DNA of 64,000 bases. It comes from Eledone cirrhosa (lineage: Eukaryota). The position numbers were made by a program, and so were the translations under genes. Below are positions 44,855-57,269 of the stretch, one piece after another. The notes below the pieces were generated by a model. It was given only the letters and a program-made list of their open reading frames with translations. It ran no database searches and was not told the origin of the DNA. The stretch spans positions 24,676,001-24,740,000 of the forward strand of contig OZ024752.1 of the NCBI GenBank assembly GCA_964016885.1, written 5' to 3'. The first letter of the stretch is position 1. Each line of letters opens with the position of its first letter.

Positions 44855-44985
44855 TAATTGTTTCTACTTTAGGCACAAGGCCAGCAATTATCCCAGTGCA
44901 TTACTGGTACTTTATTTTATCGACCCCGTAAGGATGAAAGGCAAAGTCAACCTCGGCGGGATTTGAACTCAGTCCGTAAAGGGAC
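44855..44985 (-). mobile_element. SINE fragment
   Basis: Reverse complement of the GAGTTCAAATCCCGCCGAGG..GTAGAAACAATTAT family. Confidence 0.8.
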
Positions 44986-45669
44986 ATTAAATAATGATGA
45001 GCTGTGACATCACTGAGGTCAAGCTGTTTCAGCCATTCCTTTGGACAGCATTATATATGGTCTATATATATTGGACAATATTAAATATCGTGTATATAGA
45101 AGTTTTGACAACATTATATATACATATGTACACACACACTGACAAACATGTATATTTATATACAATGTTCAGCTGAAGAGTTCATAGGCTGACCAAGTTA
45201 CTCTCATGGAATATGACAATGTATACACATAAATATATGCTTATATATATGTATACAAACACATATATATTTTATAGTGAAGTCATACAGCATATCGCAA
45301 TATCATGTTTTCAATTCTCAGCTTTGGAGGTACTGTGTGTCCTTAAGCAAGACACATCATTCCACATGTCTCTAATCTCCACAGCTGAAAAAGACAAGTA
45401 GTATCTTTAGTTGGAGGTTTAGCATGGGTTGAATCATTCCCTGCCTCCAACCTTTTCAGTTTGGCCACAAACCCTGGCTTTACTCCCTGCAATATAGAGA
45501 AGAGGGAGATAGTTAAATACCGGGGCCTGACTAACCATGTCATCCCCGTTCCATTATTTTCGTTGCTTGATTCGTTTTCGTTCTTTTCATTTCAACAATC
45601 AACAATGACTATTCTGAGGAATTCAGTGTACAGGTGGAGGTCCATTAGGGTTCCATCTTTAGCCCCTCC

Positions 45670-47240
45670 TCTTTAATATTGTCCTACAGGCTATAACTGG
45701 AATTTAAGACTGGTTGCTCATGGGAAATCCTATATGCCGACAACCTGACCCTCTTAGCCGAATCTATGACAGAATTAGAGAAGAAATATCAGACATGGAG
45801 GCAAACTTGGAAACAAAAGGTCTCAAAGTCAACAGGGCTCTGATCCACTCAGGGAAATGGCCCTGCTCGGTATGGAGGAAAGGAGTAGGTAGAAACTCAA
45901 TCCAGTGTCCCAAATGCAAACTGTGGGTACACAAGAGATGTAGTGGGAAAATAGGCAGGCTAGTAAAATATACAGACTTCATAAGTGGACCCTGCACAGG
46001 GGTAGTAAGCAAAGACCCTCAGGAAGTAAGCTTCTTCATTTGCACAAGGACCCATAGAAATAGTTGAGAGCTTCTGCTATCTGGGTAACCAAATCAGCTG
46101 CGGAGTTGGTTATGTAGAAAATACAGTTGCCAGAGTGAGAACAGGATGGAAAAAGTTCAGGGAGTTACTGCCGTTGCTACCTACAAAAGGTCTCTCACTC
46201 AAGATAAAAGGCAAGCTGTACAATGCCTGTGTGTACACAGCAATACTACATGGAAGTGAAACATGGGCTCTGTGTGCCAAGGATCTACGGAGATTAGAAA
46301 AAAACAAAGCCTGCATGTTACAATGGATGTGTAACAGTAGTTTGTGGGAACAGCAAAACGTAAAAGAATTGAGAACAAAACTGGGTATAAGAGGGATCAA
46401 ATGCTGTGTGCAGGGGAGAAGATTGCAGATGTGTGGACATGTGATGTGTATGTAGCAAACTACTTTCCTTTGGTGCATTGATACCCTTTCTGTACGTTGT
46501 TTGGCTAAGTTTAGCCAATCACTATCAGCGTAAGGATATGTATATCTCAACTTCCGCTCAAATGGAGAAATTCCCACTTCTTTTTAATAAATTAATTCTC
46601 TTGCAGCTTGACTTTTCTAAGGTAAACAACCATTTGATTTTGCTCTGCAAACATCATTCCAATATGTAACTATAAAACATTTCCGCGGCCTGGCTTCTCA
46701 CTTCAGCCACTGGACCGTGTCTTCTCTTACAGATCTTAATTTGTTTGTTCATTTCTTTTGGCATTCCAACCAACCAAGCTTAATCCAGCTCTTTTCACCT
46801 TAAACATTGTTAATAAATTTTGTTACAACGAACTACACATGTTGTCGTTAACATCATTGTTACATATTCTGGTTATATATTACACACTGCTGTAATACTA
46901 TACTTCTAAACTGGTTATATATTACATGCTGCTCTACGGATAACATAATACAACATCATCTTATGTTATAAACTGCTTCACTGGTGACTTCTATTGAATA
47001 TACACAAATACAAATATTATTATTCTCAAATATATCTTATCAAATATTATCTTCATGTATGAAGGGTGACAGGTGCAAGGCACTAGAGGTTGTAGGACAC
47101 CCCAATAGAGGAAAACCCAGGGAGACATGGGATGATAAAGGTTGACCTGGCTTAGCTGAACCTCCCAATGAAAATGACACAGGACTGAGACCTCTGGCAC
47201 TACAATGTACAACAAAAAGACCCATGTCAACAACTCAGCC
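45670..47240 (+). pseudogene. Decayed RTE-like LINE related to 1-1636, interrupted at about 46456-47055
   Basis: SGKWPCSVWRKGVGRNSIQCPKCKLWVHKRC and RTGWKKFRELLPLL..LHGSETW. It resumes with RGKPRETW near 47110. Confidence 0.85.
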
Positions 47241-47404
47241 CAAGACCTTGCTCATAACAGTGCCACCGAGCTCACCACTGTAAATGTGGACCACCCAGTA
47301 ACTGGTCCAACCTCCCACATAATGGGACAACACAGCTCCCAAGTTATGGTTCCAATGTGGGCATGATATAGTGCAGCCAACTGACCAGATCCTCCTCATA
47401 ACAG

Positions 47405-47650
47405 CTCACCCAGGACCCACTATGAACAAGGCTTGGTGCTGCCAACTGGCCAGAACCTCGTAATAAAGGTGTCACCCAGGGCTCTGCTATGAACAAGGCT
47501 GGGTGCTGCCAACTGGCCAGAACCTCGTAATAAAGGTTTCACCCAGGGCTCTGCTATGAACAAGGCTTGGTGCTGCCAACTGGTCAGAACCTCGTAATAA
47601 AGGTGTCACCCAGGGCTCTGCTATGAACAAGGCTTGGTATGGCCAACTGA
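47405..47650. repeat. About 67-bp minisatellite, about 3.5 copies
   Basis: CTATGAACAAGGC occurs at about 47420, 47487, 47554 and 47621. Confidence 0.9.
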
Positions 47651-47760
47651 CCAGGCCTACTTCATAATGGGTCTACCAAGATCCCAAAACACGGCAACAG
47701 TCCCAATAGTTTTACAATAGATTAAAAGCACTCTACAAAGAAGTTTTCTGGAGTTATTAA

Positions 47761-48099
47761 TATTATTCAGAATATTAATAAATGAAGACATTCACATAAT
47801 CAAAGTATATGTTTTATTATATATATTTTGAAGGTACTGTGCTGTTTTGTGGGTATGTCCTCGTGAAATAAAATACATGAATTGATGTATGACATACCTC
47901 AACGGTCTTGATGGTTCAATTCCAGTATTGGAAATACTGGAATTGAACCATCAAGACCATTGAGGTATGTCATACATCAATTTATGTATTTCATCTGATG
48001 AGGATGTACTGAAAAAACAGCACAGTACCTTCGAAATATTTATAATAAAACATATTTTGATTATGTGAATGTCTTCATTTACTAATATTCTGAATAATA
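47761..48099. repeat. Imperfect palindrome of about 340 bp made of two head-to-head copies of the HHR-bearing family also at about 15450-15610
   Basis: Centre TCCAGTATT gga AATACTGGA at 47921-47941. The arms are diverged. Confidence 0.85.
47984..48055 (+). ncRNA. Hammerhead motif with intact core and weakened stem I
   Basis: GTATTTCAT CTGATGA ggatGTACTG..CAGTACcttc GAAA TATTTA TA ATAAAACA. Confidence 0.65.
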
Positions 48100-48271
48100 T
48101 ATATATATATATATTGGAATAAATGCTCTGAAATAGCGATATATATGTGAATATAGACATAGAATATTCGAAAATATTCTGTATGTTTATAATAAACATT
48201 TTGAAGACCTAATCGCTATAGAATAGAATACGTCACGTATTACAATTAGATTCTCGATAAAAGCAAGGGAA

Positions 48272-48314
48272 GTAATCTACGCGTTTCATTCTTGTTAGAA
48301 ATCATCAGGACTAC
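48272..48314 (-). ncRNA. Type I minimal hammerhead ribozyme
   Basis: Minus strand: GTAGTC CTGATGA tTTCT aaca AGAAt GAAA CGCG TA GATTAC. It has a palindromic ACGCGT stem III and a GUA site, enclosed by the ATTCTCGATAAAAGCA/TGCTTTTATCGAGAAT helix. Confidence 0.85.
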
Positions 48315-48581
48315 ATATCCAGTGCTTTTATCGAGAATGACACAGCTAGAGACTTATAGAATACTTAGCTGTGTACAGGAACTGGTTTGAAAGAGCGGTT
48401 GCCGGTCCGGCAGAAATTAGAAATTGGAATAAATGCTCTGAAATAGCGATATATGTGTGAATATAGACATAGAATATTCGAAAATATTCTGTATGTTTAT
48501 AATAAACATTTTGAAGACCTAATCGCTATAGAATAGAATACGTCACGTATTACAATTAGATTCTCGATAAAAGCAAGGGAA

Positions 48582-48624
48582 GTAATCTACGCGTTTCATT
48601 CTTGTTAGAAATCATCAGGACTAC
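48582..48624 (-). ncRNA. Type I minimal hammerhead ribozyme (second unit)
   Basis: Same sequence as 48272-48314, offset by 310 bp. Confidence 0.85.
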
Positions 48625-48863
48625 ATATCCAGTGCTTTTATCGAGAATGACACAGCTAGAGACTTATAGAATACTTAGCTGTGTACAGGAACTGGTTTGA
48701 AAGAGCGGTTGCCGGTCCGGCAGAAATTAGAAATTGGAATAAATGCTCTGAAATAGCGATATATATGTGAATATAGACATAGAATATTCGAAAATATTCT
48801 GTATGTTTATAATAAACATTTTGAAGACCTAATCGCTATAGAATAGAAGACCTAATCGCTATA

Positions 48864-48908
<45 letters not shown>

Positions 48909-48909
48909 A

Positions 48910-51830
48910 CTTTGATAGGTTTGGGCCAATATTGGCCCAGGCCATGTCTAACTTAATAGCACCACATGGCGAAGTCTTTCAAATCAGGATTTGGACACTA
49001 TGGCCCACTCAGGAAGCGAGTCATTGTTTACGGAGACATATCTGGGTGTAGGAGGTTTATCCAGGATTTCTTGAAGGAATTTGTCCAAAGACCTTTTGAA
49101 TTTTATGGGGTCTGTTTCTTTTTTAATTTGTTTTGGTGTAATGTTAAAGAGAGTGGGGTCAACTGAGGTGAAAAAATTGTGCTGTATTGTTGTTATGAGA
49201 TGCAAGTGAGATTTTTGTTGTGGGTGGATAGCACGGGGTCCAAGACTTGGGTGTTCATTAAAGGTGATGCCAACATCATTTGGGCAATGCTGATGGAATA
49301 TTTTCCACATCATGCAGATAATGTAGCGCTCACGGCGACTCCAATAGTCAAGGCCTGTCATGCCATCTATCTTTCTTGTAATTGACCTTTGGGGTGCTTC
49401 CCTTTCATGATACTTTGTTTCGTGTGGGGAGAGCACAGTGGACAACAGTATTCAACGTGGGGTCGGGCAAAAGTGGAGAAGAGAAGAATAATGGTGTCGT
49501 CTGGAAGGTTCGGAGAATCCAGGGACACATTCTGTGGGCCATGTAAACTTTGCTGTCTATATGAGTGGTCCAGCTTATGTTGTTGTCCACAATTACTCCC
49601 AAGTCGCTGATGTTGTTGGATACCATGAGAGTTTCACTAGAAGTAAGAAAATATAGGAGTTTCAATCCACCTTTTTTTCCAAAGTGGATTAACTCAAATT
49701 CATCCTTGTTCAGCAGCAGTTCTTTTCCATCCATTGGATAACAGCCAGTAGGTCTGACTGAAGGTGTGTTTGGTCACCCACTCCATTGATGACCTTCTGG
49801 AGCTTGGAATCATCTGCAAAAATTATCATGTTGCTGTGCTTGATGACATCAGTAACATCATTTATATAGATAATAAAAAGAAGTGGGCCTAATAGGACAC
49901 CACTACTGACTTTGGCTGGGCTTGATTGTACACCTTCAACTACAACATGTTGAGCTCTGTCTGTCAGGAAACACTTGATCCATTGCCGTAACTTTCCAGA
50001 GACACCAATGTTGGATAGTTTTTTCAGTAGAATGTTGTGATCAACCCTGTCAAAGGCCTTGCTGAAATCAAGGTAGATGACATCAGTGTTGGAGCCTTCT
50101 CCCAAAGCTCTTAATATGTCATCAAAGTGATGCATTAGCAGTGTTAGGCAGTCTCTTCCATTACTGAACCAATGTTGGTTGGAGTTCAGCAGATTGTTAC
50201 TTTCAAGAAAGTATGTTATTCGTGATCTCACCACCCTCTCAAATACCTTAATGATATGAGAGACGAGTGAGATTGGACAGTAATTCACTACAAGGGACTC
50301 GTTTCCTTTTTTCAAAACTGGGACTACAAACTGGGATACTAAGTTTTCAGGTATATAACCAGCATCCAGTGAGTTCCTCCACAGATTAGTAAGTGGAGAT
50401 GCAAGCTGGTGTCGACACACATTCAGGACACAAGCAGAAAACCAATTGAGGCCTACTGCTGATCTTTAATTTTGTTTATTGCCACTAAGACATCAGGGGT
50501 GCCAAACGATATGACTGACATAGTGTGTTGGGGATTAACATCACTGATACAGCCAAGATGAGACATATCAAGATTGCTGAAAACAGAGCAGTATTGTTTC
50601 TACAGTATCTCACCCATGGTTTTGGCATTATCTTAGAGAGTGCCATTTTCATCAATTAGAGGGCCAACAGTGGAAACAGTGACCCTGTGTTTTTTCACAA
50701 ATGAAAAAAACTTTTGAATTGAGTTTGATTTTCTCAATGGCCCATTTCTCCTCAGCTGTTCTTTGGTTATTGATGGTGGTCTTCGTGCATTGCTGGAGGT
50801 TATATTTATTTTATTCAAGCAGTGCAATAGCTGTCGAATGTGTGTGTTGTTGTTGGCAGTATTTTAGTATGTTAATTTTTTGGTTTGTTCTTTTTATTTT
50901 TCTGATAATAGTTTTTCTGTTTTGCGGAATTCTACACTTCTTGGTGGGGTGTGTTTTGCACATATGTTTGTGACAGTGTCTACAATAATCAGGCAAGATG
51001 TTTCGATGTTGGTGGAGATGTGTGCATGTGTGAAAGACCACTCAGCACGTGACAGCTCGTTTGAGATTGCATCCCAGTTGGTATTATAGAGATCCATATT
51101 ATCAAATGGGTGGGCTGGAGAGAGGTCACTAGGATTAGCTTTTAACTGGTGGAATCTCAGGTTACAGAGAACTATGGCATGGTCTGAAAGAAGGGTTTTT
51201 TCCACTGTAATATTATGTTAGTGTGGTTACTAAACACTACGTCCACAATTTTTTCTGATATCTTGTTGGTGCAGTTTTTGACTGGAGGTGTGGTTGCACT
51301 GTTAGATAGGGTGGTAGTTACCACTTTTGGTCACACTTTTGATTCTTTCGTTGTTTTTGTACCTCCTTGAAAAGACTGGACCAGTGGTATTTTTACTGTG
51401 GTTTAGGTGTTGGCTTGGAGCCCCATTTTTGTTAGTGTGTTGGGTCTCTGGAAGATGAATGAAGGGACAGTCATACTGCAAACATAGTCTCTCATGTTGG
51501 GAATACCGGCATATCTTAGGATTGTGCGTTACACACGTTTTAGTGTTCAATTTACTATTTGGTGGTGTTGATGTTGATGTGGGATGTGTACTTTGGCCTT
51601 GGCTGGTACTGTTTGTATGGATTGCGTGTCTAGTGCCAGGTAGATATGTGAAGATACAGTCACTACGTGTGTAGAGCCTCTGGCGTAGTTAATAACGACA
51701 TATTTTGGGGTTTCTTGTTTGTGCCCTGAAGGGGGGGGGGGGGGGCGCATTCTACAGTACGATTGAGGTGGCGATGTGGTGGAAGAAAGCAGTGATTTAT
51801 TATTAGTAGTTGAAGAAGGGCGGTGGATTG
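48910..51830 (-). pseudogene. Decayed CR1/Jockey-group LINE
   Basis: PISLVSHIIKVFER, IYLDFSKAFDRVDH, LGPLLFIIYIND, IFADDSK, DLGVIVD and SDH. CCCH-like motifs occur near the 5' end. Confidence 0.85.
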
Positions 51831-52259
51831 GAAGTATCGGTAGAGGGTCAGATGCCATGTTTTGCAGAGTTACGGCCCTTTATGATCTCAGTTCAAATCC
51901 TGTCAAGGTTAACTTTGCTTTTCATCCTTACGGGGATGATAAAATAAAGTACCAGTCATGCACTGGAGTCGATGAAAGTGGTGATGAGATACTGTCATTG
52001 AGTAAATCTGCTATTGTGCTGAAATTTAGGAGTGGCTCTTCCTGTTGTTTTTGTTGATGTTGTTGACGCACTTGACTAATATTTGAGGAGAAAATAAAAT
52101 ACATACAAACACTCATATATAACATAGAAGTCAATTAAAACAGCTAAATGTTGTCAAAGACAGGGATGACCAGAAATGTCTCAGGGGACAGAGACCATCA
52201 GTAGTCAACAGAGACAATCCACAAGGTGTATGGTCCACATGACAGGTGCAATGTGTCCG

Positions 52260-53262
52260 AACATGGAAGAGCTGAACTCCCACTGTCATCACCTCCATCT
52301 CTCTCACCCTCCCCATCTCTCATGTACTGTACACCAGGTCTGAACACAGAGGAACCAAACTCCCACTGTCATCACCTCCATCTCTCTCACCCTCCCCATC
52401 TCTCATGTACACCAGGTCTGAACACAGAGGAACCAAACTCCCACTGTCATCACCTCCATCTCTCTCACCCTCCCCATCTCTCATGTATACCAGGTCTGAA
52501 CACAGAGGAACCAAACTCCCACTGTCATCACCTCCATCTCTCTCACCCTCCCCATCTCTCATGTACACCAGGTCTGAACACAGAGGAACCAAACTCCCAC
52601 TGTCATCACCCCCATCTCTCTCACCCTCCCCATCTCTCATGTACACGAAGTCAGAACACAGAGGAACCAAACTCCCACTGTCATCACCTCCATCTCTCTC
52701 ACCCTCACCATCTCACATGTACACCAGGTCTGAACACAGAGGAACCAAACTCCCACTGTCATCAACTCCATCTCTCTCACCCTCCCCATCTCTCATGTAC
52801 ACCAGGTCTGAACACAGAGGAACCAAACTCCCACTGTCATCACCCCCATCTCTCTCACCCTCCCCATCTCTCATGTACACCAGGTCAGAACACAGAGGAA
52901 CCAAACTCCCACTGTCATCACCTCCATCTCTCTCACCCTCACCATCTCACATGTACACCAGGTCTGAACACAGAGGAACCAAACTCCCACTGTCATCAAC
53001 TCCATCTCTCTCACCCTCCCCATCTCTCATGTACACCAGGTCTGAACACAGAGGAACCAAACTCCCACTGTCATCACCTCCATCTCTCTCACCCTCCCCA
53101 TCTCTCATGTACACCAGGTCTGAACACAGAGGAACCAAACTCCCACTCTCATCACCTCCATCTCTCTCACCCTCCCCATCTCACATGTACACCAGGTCCG
53201 AACACAGAGGAACCAAACTCCCGCTGTCATCACCTCCATCTCTCTCACCCTCCCCATCTCTC
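52260..53262. repeat. 78-bp minisatellite, about 12.5 copies
   Basis: Unit TGTACACCAGGTCTGAACACAGAGGAACCAAACTCCCACTGTCATCACCTCCATCTCTCTCACCCTCCCCATCTCTCA. It gives 26-aa repeat ORFs in two + frames. Confidence 0.95.
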
Positions 53263-54080
53263 TGTATTATGAGCAAAAGGGGTCCCATGTGCTGGCCGCC
53301 TCACAACCCCGGCAGACAGAATGGAGAAGGCTTTTCCCCGGAGTATGGTAAGGGAGATGCTCTGGAAGAGCCATTCCATCTCACGAGTCTCACATCTGCG
53401 GGTAGCCAACTCTGTGCCTATGGTGGTAAGTAGGCAGGTAGCCCATATCCAAGGACAACAGAAGTCTCCACTGCCAAGGGCACGACCGCAAACCTGTCGG
53501 AGAGCAAAATGTGTAATTCCTTTACTTTGAGACTGTAGAGTGTGTGTTGGCTGCTATTTCTACCAGGTCAAGTAATCAGGCAAGAGACTCCCTCGTTGAT
53601 ACGTAATAAACATTTTACTGAGTGATGCTGCTTGTTTGACCATGGGTTGGATACAATTGGAGTGAATTGATATAACTGAAGGTCTTTCTGAAGGTATTAA
53701 ATTATGTCAGCGACTTTTAACGTATGACACCAGTTCTGTTTGTGCGTGGGAAACATTGTCAACGACACCACGTACATGCTATCTTAGTTATAACTTTAAT
53801 TAATCTTGTGTAGCAATTATCTCATGTTAAGGTGAAAGTTAATATTCTGTAGATAACATAGAGTGTGTTACATGTTTTAGGGGAGGTGTTCCATCACCTA
53901 CATGATTAAATATTTCATTTCATGAGAAACTACGCTACTTCGTGAATTGGTTGTCCCACATTTTACAGGACAGTGAGAAATAGGTTTAAATCACCAACAT
54001 CTGAACAATTAACTTTCCTGGTCTTTCTTGACTTTACACTTGGACTTGAAATATAAAGTACGTATTACTTGTATTGTTAA

Positions 54081-54270
54081 GGGCGGTGGATTGGCAGTAT
54101 CAGTAGAGGGTCGGACGCCATGCTTTCCAGCATAGTTACGTCCCTTTACGATCTGAGTTCAAATCCCGCCGAGGTTGACTTTGCCTTTCATCCTGACGGG
54201 GTCGATAAAATAAAGTACCAGTAATGCACTAGGTAATTGCTAGCCTTGTGCCTAAAGTAGAAACAATTAT
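54081..54270 (+). mobile_element. Full-length SINE
   Basis: A-box-like TGGCAGTATCAG and B-box-like GAGTTCAAATCC. Flanked by TTGTATT(G/C)TTAA, with an empty site in the paralogue near 62900. Confidence 0.85.
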
Positions 54271-54431
54271 TTGTATTCTTAACACAGCAGATATTGTGTA
54301 CTTTTCTACACTCCAGGTAAAACAATCCTCATTTATTAAGACACAAACTCTCTCTCACACTTTCTTATACCGACATCAGACTTACACAGTCATATATCTT
54401 CAGAACTTCGAAGAATTCTTCAAGAATTACT

Positions 54432-55463
54432 ATGGAGAACGTTAAACACTTGGACATTTCTACTACAGCTGTTTCTACCAATATAGATACAGTTACACAG
54501 ACATACAGTGGTAAGAAACCTTTACCTAGTGAAACATGTACTGAACAAGGATCATTATACAGAAATATTCCTGAATGTAGCTGTGAGATTTGTAGGAAAA
54601 CTTTCTCATACATATTAAAAACAAACCCATCATTGTGAAATATGTGGGAAATATTTTACTAAAACTCCTCATCTTCGTGAACACATAAAAAGTCACACAG
54701 GAGAGAAACCTTTTCATTGTGAAATATGTGGGAAATCTTTCAGCCAAAATGCCAATTTAATTAGGCATATACTTAGTCGCAGTGGGGAAAAACCATTTCA
54801 CTGTGAAATATGTGGGAAATCTTTCGCTGAGAAAGCTAATCTTGTTAGACATGTACGTATTCACACCGGAGAGAAACCTTTTCACTGTGAAATATGTGGG
54901 AAATATTTTGCTGATAGTGATGCACTTATAATTCACAGAAGAACACACACTGGAGAGAAACCCTATCAATGTGATATATGTGGGAAATATTTTGCTGACA
55001 GTGCTGCTCTTATAGTTCACAGAAGAACACACAATGGAGAGAAACGCTTCCATTGTGAAATATGTGGGAAATCTTTTGTAACAAACACTTTAACTATACA
55101 TAAAAGAACACACACTGGAGAGAAACCCTAACACTGTGAAATATGTGGGAATCTTTTGTAACAAGCAGTTTTTTAACTATACATACAAGAAAACACACTG
55201 GAGTGAAACCCTATCGTTGTGAAATATGCGGGAAATCTTTTGTAACAAGCAGTTCTTTAACTATACATAAAAAAAAACACACTGGAGTGAAACCCTATCA
55301 TTGTGAAATATGTGAGAAATCTTTTACACATTCTCCTGAACTCATTGTCCACAAACATACTCACACTGGAGAAAAGCCTTTCCACTGTGAAATATGTGGG
55401 AAATCTTTTGGCAGTAGTAATGACTTGACTACGCATAAAAGAACTGTGATTGTGTGTAATTGA
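54432..55463 (+). pseudogene. C2H2 zinc-finger paralogue of 63078-63986, about 10 fingers, disrupted
   Basis: Same N-terminus (MENVKHLDISTT..). There is a frameshifting deletion in finger 1, a TAA near 55128 and a further frameshift near 55150. Confidence 0.88.
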
Positions 55464-56439
55464 AGGGCCCTCTGTCACATGAGGTAATGTCTTCTCTGCT
55501 ATGTTAAATTTCATAGGCCCACACCAACATTCCCTGTTGTAGTATGTAATTGAAGGGCCCTCTATCACCTGAGGTAATGGTGTGAGTGTCTAGTCTCAGG
55601 AATTTTAGAGGGTAACACCAACATTCTCTGTTATAGTAATAGAAGGAGTAGTTTTACCTGTTTTTCTTTTTCCCTCTGACTCCCTTTTTTTATTGATTTC
55701 ATCGTTTTGTAAATAATTTATTAATTTTTCATAAATTTTATAAATTACATTTATGTCCTAAATGTCATTCTATTTGTTGTTAATAAAAGAATTATATTTA
55801 AGGAATTTATCAAGTCTGTAACTTCAACTTTTTTGTTATTTTGCCATCTAAATCATTAACACCATATATAATGATATCATCTTGTAAGTAGTTTTAACAC
55901 ATTTAACACCCATCTAAATCTCTGTTATTAACACCATATGTAATGATATCACCTTGTTAGTAGTTTTAATACATCTAACACCCATCTAAATCTCTGTTAT
56001 TAACACCATATATAATATCTTCTTGTAAGTAGTTTTAATACATCTCACACAAACACTTCAATATTGTTTAAAATCATTGAAATTCTATCACTCTTCGTAT
56101 ATTTTACAACTGAAATTTAGAAATTTGACAATATCCTGGTTATAAGGCCACTAATTTTGGTGGTATCATTGTTTCCCTAAAGTAACAAGAAAAATTAAAA
56201 CTTAATCACAAAAGATCACAAACTGTTGAAGTATTAGTTGTTTGTTGGGGATCTTGTAATGGAGATTTCTGGCATTCTTGGTCCCTATACCACCTCCCTA
56301 CTAACTGTTATCAGGGTGGAGTTAGCCACCCACAGGAGTGTCTTGTTAAACTATAGTGGTGGAGACAATTGTCAGACTTGGTCCCTAAACCACCTCCCTA
56401 CTAACTGTTATTAGGGTGGAGTTGGCCACACACAGTGTG

Positions 56440-57016
56440 GTCAAGTCAGACTCTCAGTGACCTCTCAGAACCCTTCCCAAACATCAACTGAGTGAAGAAG
56501 GGTTGTGTCCTAGCACCAACTCTCTTCAGCATGATGTTCAAGCAGGCCACATAAGATGTTGATACCATCTTGCTGGCAGCATGTTTAATCTTCCTTAACT
56601 ACAGGCCCACATGAAAGTCCCTGGAGCTACAGATCTGAGACCTCTTCTTTGCAGACGATGTTGCTCTTGTTGGCCTCACAGAAAGAGCCTTGCAACACAT
56701 CACTTCCTGCTTCACAGAAGCTGCCCAGCTCTTTGGGATGTCAGCTTAAAGAAGATAGATGTACTCCACCAGCCTACACTTCAGGAAGAGTACCTCCCCC
56801 ATATACCAATTGATGAAACTGAACTGAAAAATGATCCATCTGTTCACCAACCTGGGGATGCACCATCACGTCACATCTCAAGATCGACAGGTAACAGACT
56901 GGCAAAGGTGAGCAGTGCATTTGGCAGACTGTACAAACCTGTATAGAATAATAAACACCTGAATAAGGGTACCAAGATCAGAGTGTTCAGAACCATAGTC
57001 CTTCCCACCCTCCAAT
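56440..57016 (+). pseudogene. RTE/BovB-type LINE fragment, left part (continues at 61323-61860)
   Basis: RLAKVSSAFGRL..TKIRVFRTIVLPTL, then after the hAT, LYG..IMLYGEL..KQYKD. Confidence 0.75.
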
Positions 57017-57269
57017 CAGTGGCGGATTTAAGGAATAGGGCCCAGTCGGCATTGGTCAGTAAGGAGGCCCCAGAGTGAAAATTAAAGTACCTTCTTTTCG
57101 AGCGAGTATTGAAAAAGTTGTTTTTTTTAATTTCCCATTTAGCTACCAATAATCATTAAGAAGACAATTAAATTACAAGTACACTTTATTTGAAACAAAC
57201 AAACAGATGTGCTGTACTGTAAACAAATAATAAAGTTGTATATATGTTAGTCTTTTACACAAATTGCTT

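Larger units (their letters stand above)
48113..48869 (-). mobile_element. Retrozyme-like tandem array B: 310-bp unit x about 2.4, one hammerhead per full unit
   Basis: ATTGGAATAAATG occurs at 48113, 48423 and 48733, with (TA)n on both flanks. Confidence 0.87.

Noticed and set aside
47810-47880. Hammerhead in the left arm of the 47.8-kb palindrome
   Set aside because: Both core segments are mutated (CTGATGA and GAAA are not present on the minus strand), so it is counted as dead.
52260-53262. Regular repeats (also 47405-47650 and the 37-bp Helitron repeats) as a possible CRISPR array
   Set aside because: Units are contiguous with no unique spacers, there are no cas genes, and the context is eukaryotic.
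55460-56435. Short local duplications (about 70-bp repeats at 55850-56045, about 50-bp at 56278-56430; also 34545-34720 and 61562-61680)
   Set aside because: They look like ordinary slippage duplications. I saw no ribozyme core, TIR or coding signal.
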